From the IMG/VR virus record IMGVR_UViG_3300013947_000019, positions 195,864 to 259,863 of that record: a DNA stretch of 64,000 nt. One strand, 5' to 3'. Shown in pieces: positions 1-10,422 of this stretch. The first letter of the stretch is position 1. The number at the start of each line of letters is the position of its first letter. The DNA is from a virus. Lineage: Duplodnaviria > Caudoviricetes. Below the pieces are notes generated by a model. It made no database searches. It worked only from the letters and a program-made list of their open reading frames with translations, and had not been told where the DNA came from. The position numbers and the translations under genes are program-made.

Positions 1-501
1 CAGATAAGCATCCTTCAACAGATAGTCACAATCTCGTGCTGATTTACAACATTCAATAGCTCCCATCAGCCATTTCTGATTCGGTTTGAAGTCACCATTG
101 GTATAACCATTCTTACGAGGATATGGAGTCTTCTTAATTCTCATAGTGAGCTTCATATCATCCCACCACTGAGACTTATCATATGGTTCATTACCACCCT
201 TCTTGAACTCCTCAGAGTCAGTATCAAACATAGCGTTGACACCCTGATCAACTTTCTGCTCGACATGCTTTTTGATAGCATTCTCTAAGAGTTCAGTCTC
301 ACGAATGGTAAATCGGTAACCAGTAGCAAGTGTATCCGCAGGAATATAGGATTCATTCTTTACTTCTGCTTCCCACTCAGAGATATCTTCTTTAGCTTCT
401 TTGTGTGTATCATATTCAGCTAACTTTTCACCATTATCGGCGAACACTGCATAGTGACCATTATAACCATTTATATAACAACCTTCATATTTATCTTTCA
501 T
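1..501 (-). CDS. hypothetical protein, 5' part (runs off window start)
   Basis: ATG at 501 with GGAGG upstream; frame open to position 1 (MKDKYEGCYING...); not in ORF track. Confidence 0.75.
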   Translation of the reverse strand, partial: MKDKYEGCYINGYNGHYAVFADNGEKLAEYDTHKEAKEDISEWEAEVKNESYIPADTLATGYRFTIRETELLENAIKKHVEQKVDQGVNAMFDTDSEEFKKGGNEPYDKSQWWDDMKLTMRIKKTPYPRKNGYTNGDFKPNQKWLMGAIECCKSARDCDYLLKDAYL

Positions 502-527
502 ATGGAGTTTTCCTCCCTCTATGTTTT

Positions 528-2744
528 TTACCAGAGCATATTCACAAGAGTATCCATACTACCAATAGACTCATTGACAGCTTTCTTGGATTGCTGATCA
601 GCATATTTCTCAGCTTCTTGCATACCCTTGATAGATTCTTGTTCATATTTCTTAATTATCTCTGCAAGTTTTTCACATGCATCAATAACTTCTTTCTTAA
701 GCTGTTCATATGAATCTATTTGAACTTCTTTGACTTCATTTTCTTTAACGATACCAACTTTAACTTTCTTTACAAACTTACCTTTGTTCATACGTTTTTC
801 AAAGAAAACTTTAATCTTTTCGATAGCAGATTTGAACGTAGCAATAACTTTCTTAAAGAAATTAACTACTACACCAATAATCTTCTTTATCCATCCAACT
901 AAAGTATTCCATGCTTTAGATATTGCACCTTCAGTAAGAGAAATATTATTAATATTATATGATGTATCATCAAAACAATAAGTTTCTGATAATATATCTA
1001 ATTCATTGGTAGTTTCATCGAGAATAGAAAAAGTTCTATCAAAAGAAGAATCATCGACAGTCTCTGAAAATGTACTATTTACAGAATGCCGAATCTTGAC
1101 GCCTTTAGTATCAAGAATATCCTTAGCTAACTCATGGTTACCAGGATTACAAGAGATAATGTAAATATTCTTAAATCCTTCTTTGATCAGTTGACGAACA
1201 AGATCATTCATATCCGTATATGGACCACCATTAAGCGTTTTAATAGGTTGAACTTCCCAATAAGTCATATCTTTATGATCTTTTAAGAATTTATTCCATT
1301 TATCAAGAATTCTATTCTGTTCTTTCATCTGATCTAATTGAACATAAATACATTCTTTATAAATTCTAGTAACCTGTGCTTCAGTAGAATCATCTTTAGT
1401 AGCTTTATTAACCTTCTCAGTAAGATCATCCAACTTTTTAATATATCTATCAACAACGGGTTCAATTCGTTCTAGTTCATCTTTGATTTCAGCAACAGTC
1501 TTACTATCATTATTCTTTGCAGCTTTCTTTGCAATGTCAGTTAATTCACCTATACGTTTCTTAATATCAGTAAGATTCTGCATAGTGAATTTTAATTTCT
1601 TTTCATTTTTATATTGTTCAGCTGCTTCAAATGCTTTATTTGTATCATTAAGAGGTGTTAATACCTTAGTTAATGCTTGTTCTTTTTCGGCGAGTTCAGT
1701 AAGCTTACTAGTAGCTTTCATCTCATTCTCAGTAGTTGCATCAACAAGTTCATCGATTGCAGCTTCTGCTTCTTTTGCAGTCATATCCTTGAGAGAATTG
1801 CCACCATGACCAATAACAACAGCATCATATTGGAAAGCATACTGAAGCAAACGCTTAGCAGTTGTATCATTCTCAATAACACCTAAATCATAACTAGTAT
1901 AAAAAAGACAACCACCACCGATAGATCTAAAGTCATAATAATCGTCTTTCTTAAATTTAGTATCTTTAATTAAATCGATATCATTTTTAATATCCTTTAT
2001 TGCTTTTTGACGTTCTTCTTGATCATTGCTATCTAATGATTCAATATACATTTTAGCCATCATATCAGAATAACCAAGAGTAGCATAATTCTCTTGAACC
2101 ATTTTCTTAAGGATAGCAATCATTGTATTATTGTATTGAATCCTAGCATTAATAATATCTTTAATTTGATTAGGATCATCTGTGATACAGAATGCATTTT
2201 CAAGAATAGCTCTCTTACAATCAGAATCAGATAAATCGTACTCATCCTTCAAATCATCTAAAGCGTTTTCCATTCCACCAATTACACGTACAAGATTACC
2301 TACTTCTTTACCTTCTGTATCATAAGGTGTACCTGGAGCAATTTCACCTTTTTTCAACTTTTCTTCAAGTTCAGCGAATAACGCTTTAGCTTTGTCGAAC
2401 TGAAGTTCACATGCCTCATGATACGCTTTTACGATGTCTTTAGAAACAAGTATACGTTCATCTCTTGCTTTATCATATACTTCCAATTCATGTCGAATCA
2501 TTCCATCGATAATATCCATACCATCAATAGAATATTGTTTTTCGGTTCCTCCACTATTTAATATAGTCATGAGAGAAATGTTAGAAGTAATAAGTTTGAT
2601 ATCATCTTCAGATTTGCCACGACTTTTAAGTTTTGCTTTGATTTTATCTTGAAGGTCTTTTGGAAGCCTGCTAAAACTATTACCAATAGATCCACCATGT
2701 GTAATCTCTGCTTCATTTAAAACAGGAAAATCGGTTATATACAT
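528..2744 (-). CDS. putative virion head/internal protein
   Basis: Likely start MYITDF at 2744 (GGAGG at 2754-2758); coiled-coil rich; several hydrophobic-x-E-[SAGT] putative maturation sites (LNEA, LSET, LTEG, VNES). Confidence 0.55.
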   Translation of the reverse strand: MYITDFPVLNEAEITHGGSIGNSFSRLPKDLQDKIKAKLKSRGKSEDDIKLITSNISLMTILNSGGTEKQYSIDGMDIIDGMIRHELEVYDKARDERILVSKDIVKAYHEACELQFDKAKALFAELEEKLKKGEIAPGTPYDTEGKEVGNLVRVIGGMENALDDLKDEYDLSDSDCKRAILENAFCITDDPNQIKDIINARIQYNNTMIAILKKMVQENYATLGYSDMMAKMYIESLDSNDQEERQKAIKDIKNDIDLIKDTKFKKDDYYDFRSIGGGCLFYTSYDLGVIENDTTAKRLLQYAFQYDAVVIGHGGNSLKDMTAKEAEAAIDELVDATTENEMKATSKLTELAEKEQALTKVLTPLNDTNKAFEAAEQYKNEKKLKFTMQNLTDIKKRIGELTDIAKKAAKNNDSKTVAEIKDELERIEPVVDRYIKKLDDLTEKVNKATKDDSTEAQVTRIYKECIYVQLDQMKEQNRILDKWNKFLKDHKDMTYWEVQPIKTLNGGPYTDMNDLVRQLIKEGFKNIYIISCNPGNHELAKDILDTKGVKIRHSVNSTFSETVDDSSFDRTFSILDETTNELDILSETYCFDDTSYNINNISLTEGAISKAWNTLVGWIKKIIGVVVNFFKKVIATFKSAIEKIKVFFEKRMNKGKFVKKVKVGIVKENEVKEVQIDSYEQLKKEVIDACEKLAEIIKKYEQESIKGMQEAEKYADQQSKKAVNESIGSMDTLVNMLW

Positions 2745-2757
2745 AAAGCATAACCTC

Positions 2758-4683
2758 CTAGTTAATAATTGGTTCCGTAGAATCAATTGTCAAATTTACA
2801 TTCTTCTTATCATTCGGTCCAAGTTCTTTATTCTGTAATAAGTTTTGACCAACGTTTCCATTCACATCACTGCGGACATACCATGGAGCTTGATCAGGAC
2901 TAGGACCAGCATCACTGGTCCCCTGATCATCTACTACAGTATCACCCTCAGAGAGAACTCGAGTCATATGATCAATAATATTTTGATCTGCATATTCAGC
3001 ATAAGGATGGTCGACACTAATACTAAAAGTACAACCAAATTCCTTATACTTCTTATTCAACATCCGAGCATATTTAGCTCGATCAGATTCATCCACTTCT
3101 TTAATCATATCCATAGCCATCCGAATACTATCTTGATTCAGAATTGGATATTCCATTTTGTCGGGAAGTAGATAGATATTATCTATAACTTCTGGATCTA
3201 GTTGATTGATCACATAAGAATTGCACTTATCTTTATTCAGTAGGTCTCCACCAGCTTCATTAAGATCAGTATTCATCTTTTGTGAAACCATAGTAGAAGC
3301 AAAATTAATGATATTACGAGTAATTACTGCTTCATCCATCGGATTATCAGTTGGATTCCAACACAGATCATACAAGTATTGTCTATGATAAAAAGCTTCA
3401 GCAGAAGAATCATCACATTCAGATAATTCATCATACTCAGCCTGCACGTGATTGATCCAATCTGCTAAAACACCCATCCAATAATCATCTAAGTTATCTA
3501 TACTAAATTCAGGATTCAGTAAGATCATTCCCAGTACACTGTATAAGCTTAAGCAATATTCAATATGAATATTATCTTCCGCTTTACCTTCGTGATACCA
3601 GTTAGCTTGCTTTCTGAACCAAGGAATTACTTTATCTTCAAACTCCTCAGTAGTCAACTTATTAGGATGAGTTAACTGTTGTGTATAATCTTTACAAAGA
3701 GGAGGTCTGAGTCCATATAACTTCCATATTGTATCATTGGTAGCCAATCCACCAAGACAAGTTAACAGTCTGATAGAGAAGGCATTAGATTTTACATCTG
3801 GATAGAAATACTCTAAGAAAGAATACTCTTTCAGATTAGCAATAGCTTTACCAAGAGCAGGCTGGAAATTCAAAATATTTGCGGTACGTGCTGCAATCTG
3901 CAGGTTTCGAATCTGTCTCTCTTTCTCAGTACCTTTATTGAACTGCTCTTCAGAAACAACACCAGGAATATCTGCACTCAATGTAGCAAAACTTTCCTGT
4001 AATGATTTTGGAGCATATTCATATAAAGGATTACCCTTACCGATCTTAACATCCATATCAAACTCTTTGACTTTAGCAAAGATACGTTTTGCTAATTCTG
4101 CACGGTCTTTAGGATCTTTACAATGACCAAACATCCGAATAGCAAATTTCACATGTTTCTTATCATTGAGCGGATATTTTCTCAGTCTAGGTAAACCAAA
4201 TTCCGAATCATCAAGAGCATTGCGTTCTGCAGCTTTCATTGCAGATTCGTTATAATATGACTCATACATAGAAGTATAAGACTGATTAATATCACCAAAT
4301 ACTTCTTTAGGAGTATAATTCATCTGGTCAGTATCTGGATCAAGAAGATCTACCTGCTCAGTATCATCTTCATCGCTCAAAAGAGAAGGCTCATCTCCAT
4401 CTACTTTCCAAGTAGTTACATCATGAGACTTATATAACTTAGAGAAGGGAAGATCTACACTTTCCATCATTTGTGCTCTGACGATATCTGCACCAGTATA
4501 ATCCTGTGCATTTGGATCCATCAGCTTCTCTCCCTGATCATCATTATTCACAGTCTCTTCATTACCATCTACATCTGGATCAAGTAATGAACGATTCTGA
4601 ATAGGATCTTCGATATTAACCAGGATCTCTTTGCGGATACTGGCAACATCAGGAGTTGACATAGGAATATAATTCAGACTCAA
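2758..4683 (-). CDS. putative virion protein with two DUF6582-like modules
   Basis: Motifs LDDSEFGLPRLRKYPLNDKKHVKFAIRMF and IYLLPDKMEYPILNQDSIRMAM; many x-x-E-S/A sites. Confidence 0.5.
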   Translation of the reverse strand: MSLNYIPMSTPDVASIRKEILVNIEDPIQNRSLLDPDVDGNEETVNNDDQGEKLMDPNAQDYTGADIVRAQMMESVDLPFSKLYKSHDVTTWKVDGDEPSLLSDEDDTEQVDLLDPDTDQMNYTPKEVFGDINQSYTSMYESYYNESAMKAAERNALDDSEFGLPRLRKYPLNDKKHVKFAIRMFGHCKDPKDRAELAKRIFAKVKEFDMDVKIGKGNPLYEYAPKSLQESFATLSADIPGVVSEEQFNKGTEKERQIRNLQIAARTANILNFQPALGKAIANLKEYSFLEYFYPDVKSNAFSIRLLTCLGGLATNDTIWKLYGLRPPLCKDYTQQLTHPNKLTTEEFEDKVIPWFRKQANWYHEGKAEDNIHIEYCLSLYSVLGMILLNPEFSIDNLDDYWMGVLADWINHVQAEYDELSECDDSSAEAFYHRQYLYDLCWNPTDNPMDEAVITRNIINFASTMVSQKMNTDLNEAGGDLLNKDKCNSYVINQLDPEVIDNIYLLPDKMEYPILNQDSIRMAMDMIKEVDESDRAKYARMLNKKYKEFGCTFSISVDHPYAEYADQNIIDHMTRVLSEGDTVVDDQGTSDAGPSPDQAPWYVRSDVNGNVGQNLLQNKELGPNDKKNVNLTIDSTEPIIN

Positions 4684-5921
4684 GATTCTTCCCCTCCTTC
4701 CTTCATCTTCTTAGAAGTTTTAATGAAGTCCATTTTCTTATGATCATTATTCTTCATACCATCTTTATCAGTATAAAAGATACCAAACTTACTCATCATT
4801 TGAATAATATCCCAAATAGCATTTTTACTATCAGATAAAGCAAGTTTAATAACTGTGGTAAAGAAGTCCTTCATTACTTCTTTATCTCCAGCATATTTAA
4901 AGATAGTAATGTCTACATTTTGTAATGCAGGATCAGCTGGAGTTGTTTCTCTTAGATTCATAGAGGTAAAGTCATTCAGATAGATGCGTTGAAGCTTTTC
5001 TGTTTCAGAGATACCGACACATGCAACCTCTCCACCTTTTCGACCAACAATCAGATAAGCTTCTCCAGTCATAGGTTCATCATTATCTACAATTGGATCA
5101 TCAGTTTCATTGGCTTCTTTACATGCAGCTTCTGTAATAACATACTTCTTCGTACCTTTATCAGAAACAAACTTTGCCTTCGAATCATAATCTTCATCAA
5201 TAATTCGATATAGAAGTTCTACAAAAGGACCATAAGATTGATCCGTGATTTTAATGTAGTTATACTTTGCCTGCTTGCGCATAACTTCATCTTTCAGTGC
5301 AACTTTGTATTTTGTCTCTTTTACAAAAGCGGGATTCGTATTTGTATGACTACCACCATCTTTGATTTCAACAATTAAGTTATAATCAGGAAGATAATAG
5401 TCGGGATCATACTGCCGATTCGTTTTTGTAACAGGATCATAATATACAAAAGTCTCTGGAGAATTCTGAATCATATTAGAAGTGAAGTCCATAATCTTAT
5501 CACAGAACTGGAGGAAGTTTTTCTCCGGTTTAGATAAGTAATCGACATATCCACCATCTTTGAACTGATATTTACCAGCAGTAGGACGATGCTTCTGCAT
5601 TTCCTTCTGGTGTTCCATATCATTCAATAGAGTAGCTTTACCATATACTTTAATATGATTCTTTAATGCTGCATCACGGAGTTTCTGCCGACAAGCAGGA
5701 TCACCACACATCTTAAACGGTTTACCAAGTTTAGTAGACCAATCTGTAGGTTTACCACAAGCCATACATTTGCCATGTAATGTACCATGAGTAGAAAAAT
5801 ACAGAGCTTGTGGGGCATCCATACCTGACTGCTGTAATTCTGCACTATGAAGCTTATAAATGTGCTCCACAGCTAAAGCTTTCTTCGGGAAATATTTATG
5901 ACAATATGGACAATTTGCCAT
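4680..5921 (-). CDS. zinc-finger + PD-(D/E)xK nuclease (TnsA-like / T4 gp4 head-completion-like)
   Basis: N-terminal CPYC..H..H and CMAC..C..C; YDPDYYLPDYNLIVEIKD nuclease motif. Confidence 0.6.
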   Translation of the reverse strand: MANCPYCHKYFPKKALAVEHIYKLHSAELQQSGMDAPQALYFSTHGTLHGKCMACGKPTDWSTKLGKPFKMCGDPACRQKLRDAALKNHIKVYGKATLLNDMEHQKEMQKHRPTAGKYQFKDGGYVDYLSKPEKNFLQFCDKIMDFTSNMIQNSPETFVYYDPVTKTNRQYDPDYYLPDYNLIVEIKDGGSHTNTNPAFVKETKYKVALKDEVMRKQAKYNYIKITDQSYGPFVELLYRIIDEDYDSKAKFVSDKGTKKYVITEAACKEANETDDPIVDNDEPMTGEAYLIVGRKGGEVACVGISETEKLQRIYLNDFTSMNLRETTPADPALQNVDITIFKYAGDKEVMKDFFTTVIKLALSDSKNAIWDIIQMMSKFGIFYTDKDGMKNNDHKKMDFIKTSKKMKEGGEES

Positions 5922-5950
5922 GAATTTTCACCTCCTAACCGCCTTGTTTC

Positions 5951-5963
5951 TTATAATTTTGTT
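5951..5963 (-). promoter_or_regulatory. late-type promoter AACA-N4-TATAA
   Basis: Matches the motif recurring upstream of structural operons. Confidence 0.55.
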
Positions 5964-6000
5964 CACGATATCATTCTATACATTATATAATATAAAGACG

Positions 6001-6030
6001 AAAAAGCCCCAGGGAATTACCCCTGGGACT
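6001..6030. terminator. intrinsic terminator
   Basis: CCCAGGG-aattac-CCCTGGG hairpin with A tract on the left. Confidence 0.65.
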
Positions 6031-6039
6031 TATAATTTA

Positions 6040-6615
6040 TTAGTTTTTAGCTGTTACTTCGTAATTAGCTTTTGGATAATCAGAATTGTCAATACGAGCA
6101 GGATCCAAATTAACCCCATCTGAACTAATTACATTCTGAAACCCATCCATAGCTATCTGGTCAAGATCAGGTTTAGTCAGTTCAGCTGGATTATCTTTTT
6201 CATCAAGGAAACTTCGATCAATCGATTGATTAATTTTCCAGATTAGATCTGCTTTATCGTTTTTAATTTCATCTGTGTATTCAATATAAGTTTTACCAAC
6301 TTTAACATAGAGTTTACCCATCTCTCGTTTAATATCAGCATTTTCTTGATATAGATTAATAATCTCCTTCGTAAGAGCATCGATAGTATAGCATGCTTTA
6401 TTATATGCTTCTAATAGCTTATTATATTTATCATCACTCTGACAGGTAATACCAGATCCACCACCAGTACCAGGTGTATAAGATGTGGGGTTCTCTCCAC
6501 CTGATCCTCCACCGAACCATACCTTTTTCTGTTGACAAGGATACTTATCCTCAGGCGTAGATGTATCAGATGTCACAAACTGATTGGGTTTAAAAGCTTC
6601 ATCATAAGGGAACAT
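6040..6615 (-). CDS. hypothetical protein
   Basis: 191 aa, SD GGAGGAG, Gly-rich linker then coiled coil. Confidence 0.7.
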   Translation of the reverse strand: MFPYDEAFKPNQFVTSDTSTPEDKYPCQQKKVWFGGGSGGENPTSYTPGTGGGSGITCQSDDKYNKLLEAYNKACYTIDALTKEIINLYQENADIKREMGKLYVKVGKTYIEYTDEIKNDKADLIWKINQSIDRSFLDEKDNPAELTKPDLDQIAMDGFQNVISSDGVNLDPARIDNSDYPKANYEVTAKN

Positions 6616-6684
6616 AGTTTACTCCTCCTAAAAGTAATGGTTATATGTTTGTATATAAAATATTCATTAAAAAATGATTAGCAC

Positions 6685-6698
6685 CACATTTGTATAAT
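6685..6698 (+). promoter_or_regulatory. late-type promoter (CACA-tttg-TATAAT)
   Basis: Upstream of baseplate operon. Confidence 0.6.
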
Positions 6699-6737
6699 AA
6701 CGCTTAACTTTATATGTTAGGAAAGGAGGTCCAGAAA

Positions 6738-7118
6738 ATGGCTGGAACTTTCGATTTAACATTTCGAACTGATAGTGCAGGTAATATGGTAAAAGGAAGA
6801 CGTGGTGAATATGTCTGTAATATTGTACAGATGTTGTTTGCTATGGTTCCCGGTTCAGATCCATATGAACCTGAAAAAGGATTAGCAATTCAACAGCATC
6901 TTCATAAAGCATACATTGAACGAACAAGAGATGCTGGTTATGAATCTGAAATTCGTAAACAGTTTTTAAACTATACTGATCTACAACCTACTGAAGTATT
7001 AGCACTCTATGTGGATAAGTGTCTGTTTATTTATGCTGCTTTCCTACTGGATGGAAATATCTATCAAGTAGATGTTACCGCTGACGATACTGCACTGAGT
7101 GCTATTTTAAGACAATAA
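6738..7118 (+). CDS. baseplate wedge protein, gp25-like
   Basis: Start MAGTF after AAGGAGGT; LFAMVPGSDPYEPEKG resembles the gp25 'PGERPxxPxFG' motif. Confidence 0.5.
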   Translation: MAGTFDLTFRTDSAGNMVKGRRGEYVCNIVQMLFAMVPGSDPYEPEKGLAIQQHLHKAYIERTRDAGYESEIRKQFLNYTDLQPTEVLALYVDKCLFIYAAFLLDGNIYQVDVTADDTALSAILRQ

Positions 7119-7141
7119 AATAGAAAGGAACTGAAATAACA

Positions 7142-8833
7142 ATGGAGAATCAGAACCTGGATAAGATTATCCGAAATACTAATACACCAACTGAAAATAC
7201 ACCTAATACAGATCCCATGGCTGCAATCAGACAGGCAACTGGCCTGGACTTGAATATTAAGGATTTTGAAACTCAGCCTGCACAGAATGTTGATCCTGTT
7301 CCTGTTGCATATCCTGTAGACGAGAAGCCTCGTGTTACTGGTGGTATTGATGTGCTGACTCCTGAAGAGGCTGCTCAGCTCAGAGCTAATGGCAACTATC
7401 AGAAGATCGATGTAGACCGTGAAGCCATGCTGCAGCAGGAGCAGAAGCGTATTCAGAGAGAACAGCAGCAGCAGTCTGATATGAATGGTCTGTTAGATGA
7501 TGCTCTGAATGGTGAAGCTGCTCGTAATCAGAAATGGGAGAAGGCATTTGAAGAGAATCCTGAATTGAAGAAAGAACTCGTCAATAAGGAGAGTACTTCT
7601 GATACCGCTAATTATACTCCTGATATGAGTGATACTGATAAACACGTTGCTCCTATTGATCGTACTCCCATTAGAGGTTATAATGCAGAGGATGATATGA
7701 TTCCTTCTTATAGTGCTCCTACTGAATCTATTGTAGATACGCTGAAGAAGACTGATAAGGATGAAGATAATAAACCTACTGCTAATGCTTCTGAGAATGA
7801 GATGGCGGAGTATGTCAAGAATCTGACTACGATTGATTATACGGGTGCAGAAACTGAACTGGTTGATGTCTCTCGTGATCGCACTCCTATGGTTACTGAG
7901 ACTGCTCGTCCTTCCTATAAGAAGACTAACCCCATGGGTGACCAGGCATTCCTGAATGCTGTTGCTAAGTATAAGAAGGATAACTTCCGTGTAGTAAAGG
8001 CAGTTATGATCAACTCTGGTTTCGAGATTGGTGAAGTCGGTACTGGTCCTGTGGATCTGTATCAGCTGTATATGACGACTGATCAGAATACAACTGTTCT
8101 GGATTATCAGCTGGCTAAGATGACCACTGTGATTAAGAATGTAGTTTCTACGACTCCTGCGGTTGATCCTATGCAGTTAAAGAATGTACTACACTTTGCT
8201 GATTATCAGATGCTGGCTTATGCGCATGTGGCTGCTACTCTGAAAGAAGTTGAGATGCTGCATACTTGTAATAAGTGTGGTAAGGATTTCCATATTAAGG
8301 CCGCTTCTACTGATCTGATTCTGAATGCAGATGAGATGAGAGAAAAGGCTCAGCGTATTCATAATGCAACTTCCATTGAAGAGAATTCTCTGATGACGAA
8401 GGATGTTACGTATACGACTGAGAGTGGATTTGTGATTGTACTTGGTCATCCTTCTTATGCTGAGTATGCTGCTTATATGCGTGAGCTTCGTGACATTGTT
8501 GCCAATGGTGATACTGTAGTGAATAATCGCATTGAAGAGATGAATGAGATTCTTCCCTTCATTCGTAAGATTACTCTGCCTACTGGTGTTTATACTTCGA
8601 ATCTGTTCCAGCGCTTTACTGCTATTGGATTACTGTCTGATGATGACTTCAATGGCCTGAGCAAGGAAGTGACTAATCTGGCTAAGCAGATTATTATCCC
8701 GAAGTTTGGTGTAAAGAAAATCAAGTGCCCACACTGTGGTGAGGTAATCACAGATATTGCTTACGACGATCTGGATAATCTGCTTTTTTTCCATTTCACG
8801 GTAAACCGCTTATTGAAGTCAATCGACCAATAA
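7142..8833 (+). CDS. baseplate hub / tail assembly chaperone (T4 gp26-like)
   Basis: Two CxxC pairs (CNKC, CPHC) in the C-terminal half; disordered N-terminus; next to gp25-like gene. Confidence 0.5.
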   Translation: MENQNLDKIIRNTNTPTENTPNTDPMAAIRQATGLDLNIKDFETQPAQNVDPVPVAYPVDEKPRVTGGIDVLTPEEAAQLRANGNYQKIDVDREAMLQQEQKRIQREQQQQSDMNGLLDDALNGEAARNQKWEKAFEENPELKKELVNKESTSDTANYTPDMSDTDKHVAPIDRTPIRGYNAEDDMIPSYSAPTESIVDTLKKTDKDEDNKPTANASENEMAEYVKNLTTIDYTGAETELVDVSRDRTPMVTETARPSYKKTNPMGDQAFLNAVAKYKKDNFRVVKAVMINSGFEIGEVGTGPVDLYQLYMTTDQNTTVLDYQLAKMTTVIKNVVSTTPAVDPMQLKNVLHFADYQMLAYAHVAATLKEVEMLHTCNKCGKDFHIKAASTDLILNADEMREKAQRIHNATSIEENSLMTKDVTYTTESGFVIVLGHPSYAEYAAYMRELRDIVANGDTVVNNRIEEMNEILPFIRKITLPTGVYTSNLFQRFTAIGLLSDDDFNGLSKEVTNLAKQIIIPKFGVKKIKCPHCGEVITDIAYDDLDNLLFFHFTVNRLLKSIDQ

Positions 8834-9096
8834 TTAACAAATGGGTCAAAACTCTTCATGATGCTGCAAAAGATTATAAAGATATGATATATAATGCACA
8901 TAGCTTAATGAAAGACTTTTGGTCCTATAATGATCTGTATTGGATGCCATTGCGAGATTGCATTGAACAAGTTGAAGAGTTCATGCCTCGTATGAAAGAG
9001 ATCGCACGGCAACAAGAAGCAGAGCGTTTAAAGAGCGAGTTTACTGGACAGAAAAATGGAATGAGACCGATGAATAACTCCAGAAGGGGGTCGTAA
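8779..9096 (+). CDS. frameshift extension of the chaperone (includes ORF 8884-9096; T4 gp51-like)
   Basis: No SD before ATG 8884; DLYWMPLRDCIEQ resembles the gp51/GT-type 'MPxxE/D' motif. Confidence 0.5.
   Translation, partial: SAFFPFHGKPLIEVNRPIINKWVKTLHDAAKDYKDMIYNAHSLMKDFWSYNDLYWMPLRDCIEQVEEFMPRMKEIARQQEAERLKSEFTGQKNGMRPMNNSRRGS
8785..8791 (+). other. putative -1 ribosomal frameshift heptamer T TTT TTC
   Basis: The -1 frame opens right after TAA 8776-8778 and runs without a stop to 9096. Confidence 0.65.
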
Positions 9097-9100
9097 GTAA

Positions 9101-9484
9101 ATGAAAGCTTATAAGCTGAATATGACCCGACCAGAGTTTATGAATCGATTATTAACTCATTGTGATGACTCTTATGTAATAACAGAAGATGATCTGAAGA
9201 ATGCAGTTGGTACAAGTGGTGATATCCAGTATTGTGCATATACTGTGTTAATGGAGTTTAATCTTGGGAGAGATGAGATTCTGTTTATAAATAAAGATGA
9301 AGAGTCAGTCGTGGTCAAACTTCCAAGCAAGAGTCTGGCGAAAGAGATTAAAGCTGCTTGGAATAAAGAGTTAATGCGGATTGGTCTGATGATGTACCGG
9401 GTAAAGGTAAAGGCTGATGGACCATATGTGATAATCAGTGTTCATCTGGATCATGAGATCACAGACGCTTCTGAATTAGATTAA
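9101..9484 (+). CDS. hypothetical protein
   Basis: 127-aa ORF in operon. Confidence 0.7.
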   Translation: MKAYKLNMTRPEFMNRLLTHCDDSYVITEDDLKNAVGTSGDIQYCAYTVLMEFNLGRDEILFINKDEESVVVKLPSKSLAKEIKAAWNKELMRIGLMMYRVKVKADGPYVIISVHLDHEITDASELD

Positions 9485-9486
9485 TG

Positions 9487-9518
9487 AGAGCCCGGGTAAC
9501 TCCCGGGCTTCTCTTTTT
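9487..9518 (+). terminator. intrinsic terminator
   Basis: GCCCGGG-taact-CCCGGGC followed by T tract. Confidence 0.75.
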
Positions 9519-9524
9519 ATATTC

Positions 9525-9538
9525 GACATGAGTATAAT
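9525..9538 (+). promoter_or_regulatory. late-type promoter (GACA-tgag-TATAAT)
   Basis: Upstream of HNH and RNAP beta' genes. Confidence 0.6.
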
Positions 9539-9554
9539 AGAATGAGGTTATCAT

Positions 9555-10421
9555 ATGGAAATGACAAAATATAGATTTAGAGAAGGATATTATCCTACTC
9601 GTTTGCGAGATATTTGGAATTCGATGCATAATAGATGTAAAAATATTAAGTCAGCGAGTTATCCAAGATATGGTGGACGAGGAATTAAAGTTTGCGATGA
9701 GTGGTCTGATAAAAACACTGGTTTTTATAATTTTGTTAATTGGTCACTTGAAAACGGTTATGCTGAACAGTTATCTATCGATCGTATAGATAATGATAGT
9801 CCATATGCTCCATGGAATTGTCGATGGGCTACACCAAAAGAGCAGGCTAACAATACTGCAAAGAATGTACGTATTACATATAATGGAAAAACTCATACAG
9901 CTTCTGAATGGGCAGGAATTACTGGAATTAAACGAAAAACAATACTTAAACGATATCATTCTGGAAAATCATTAGATGAAGTATTTAAACCAGTTCAGAA
10001 AGAAAAGAGATATAATATTAATGGTAAAGAATATACAATACATGAACTTTCTAAACTTACAGGCATAAAAGTAAGAACTTTACGTTTTCGAATAAAAAAT
10101 GGAAAATTTGATAATATTATGGAACCAGCAGGGTCTAATCGTATAACTGATGTTAATATTACATATGAGGGGCTGACATTTAATGTAGCAGACTGGGCAA
10201 AACTTACTGGGTTACCACGAGACACACTATATAGTAGAATATATAATAAATTACCCACATCTGAAGTTTTATTGCGAAAAAGTGGTGAATTAAAATATAA
10301 GCCTAAAAACATAAAACCATTAAATACATATAAATTTCCAAATGGCAATTATGCTAAAGATGGACAATATTATGATTCTGATGGGTTTATTAAATTAATC
10401 CCAAAAAGAAAGAAGGGATAA
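9555..10421 (+). CDS. free-standing HNH homing endonuclease with C-terminal DNA-binding repeats
   Basis: RYGGRGIKVCDEW...SIDRIDNDSPYAPWNCRWAT motif; three I-T-Y/I-N-G...EWAxxTG HTH-like repeats. Confidence 0.85.
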   Translation: MEMTKYRFREGYYPTRLRDIWNSMHNRCKNIKSASYPRYGGRGIKVCDEWSDKNTGFYNFVNWSLENGYAEQLSIDRIDNDSPYAPWNCRWATPKEQANNTAKNVRITYNGKTHTASEWAGITGIKRKTILKRYHSGKSLDEVFKPVQKEKRYNINGKEYTIHELSKLTGIKVRTLRFRIKNGKFDNIMEPAGSNRITDVNITYEGLTFNVADWAKLTGLPRDTLYSRIYNKLPTSEVLLRKSGELKYKPKNIKPLNTYKFPNGNYAKDGQYYDSDGFIKLIPKRKKG

Positions 10422-10422
10422 A

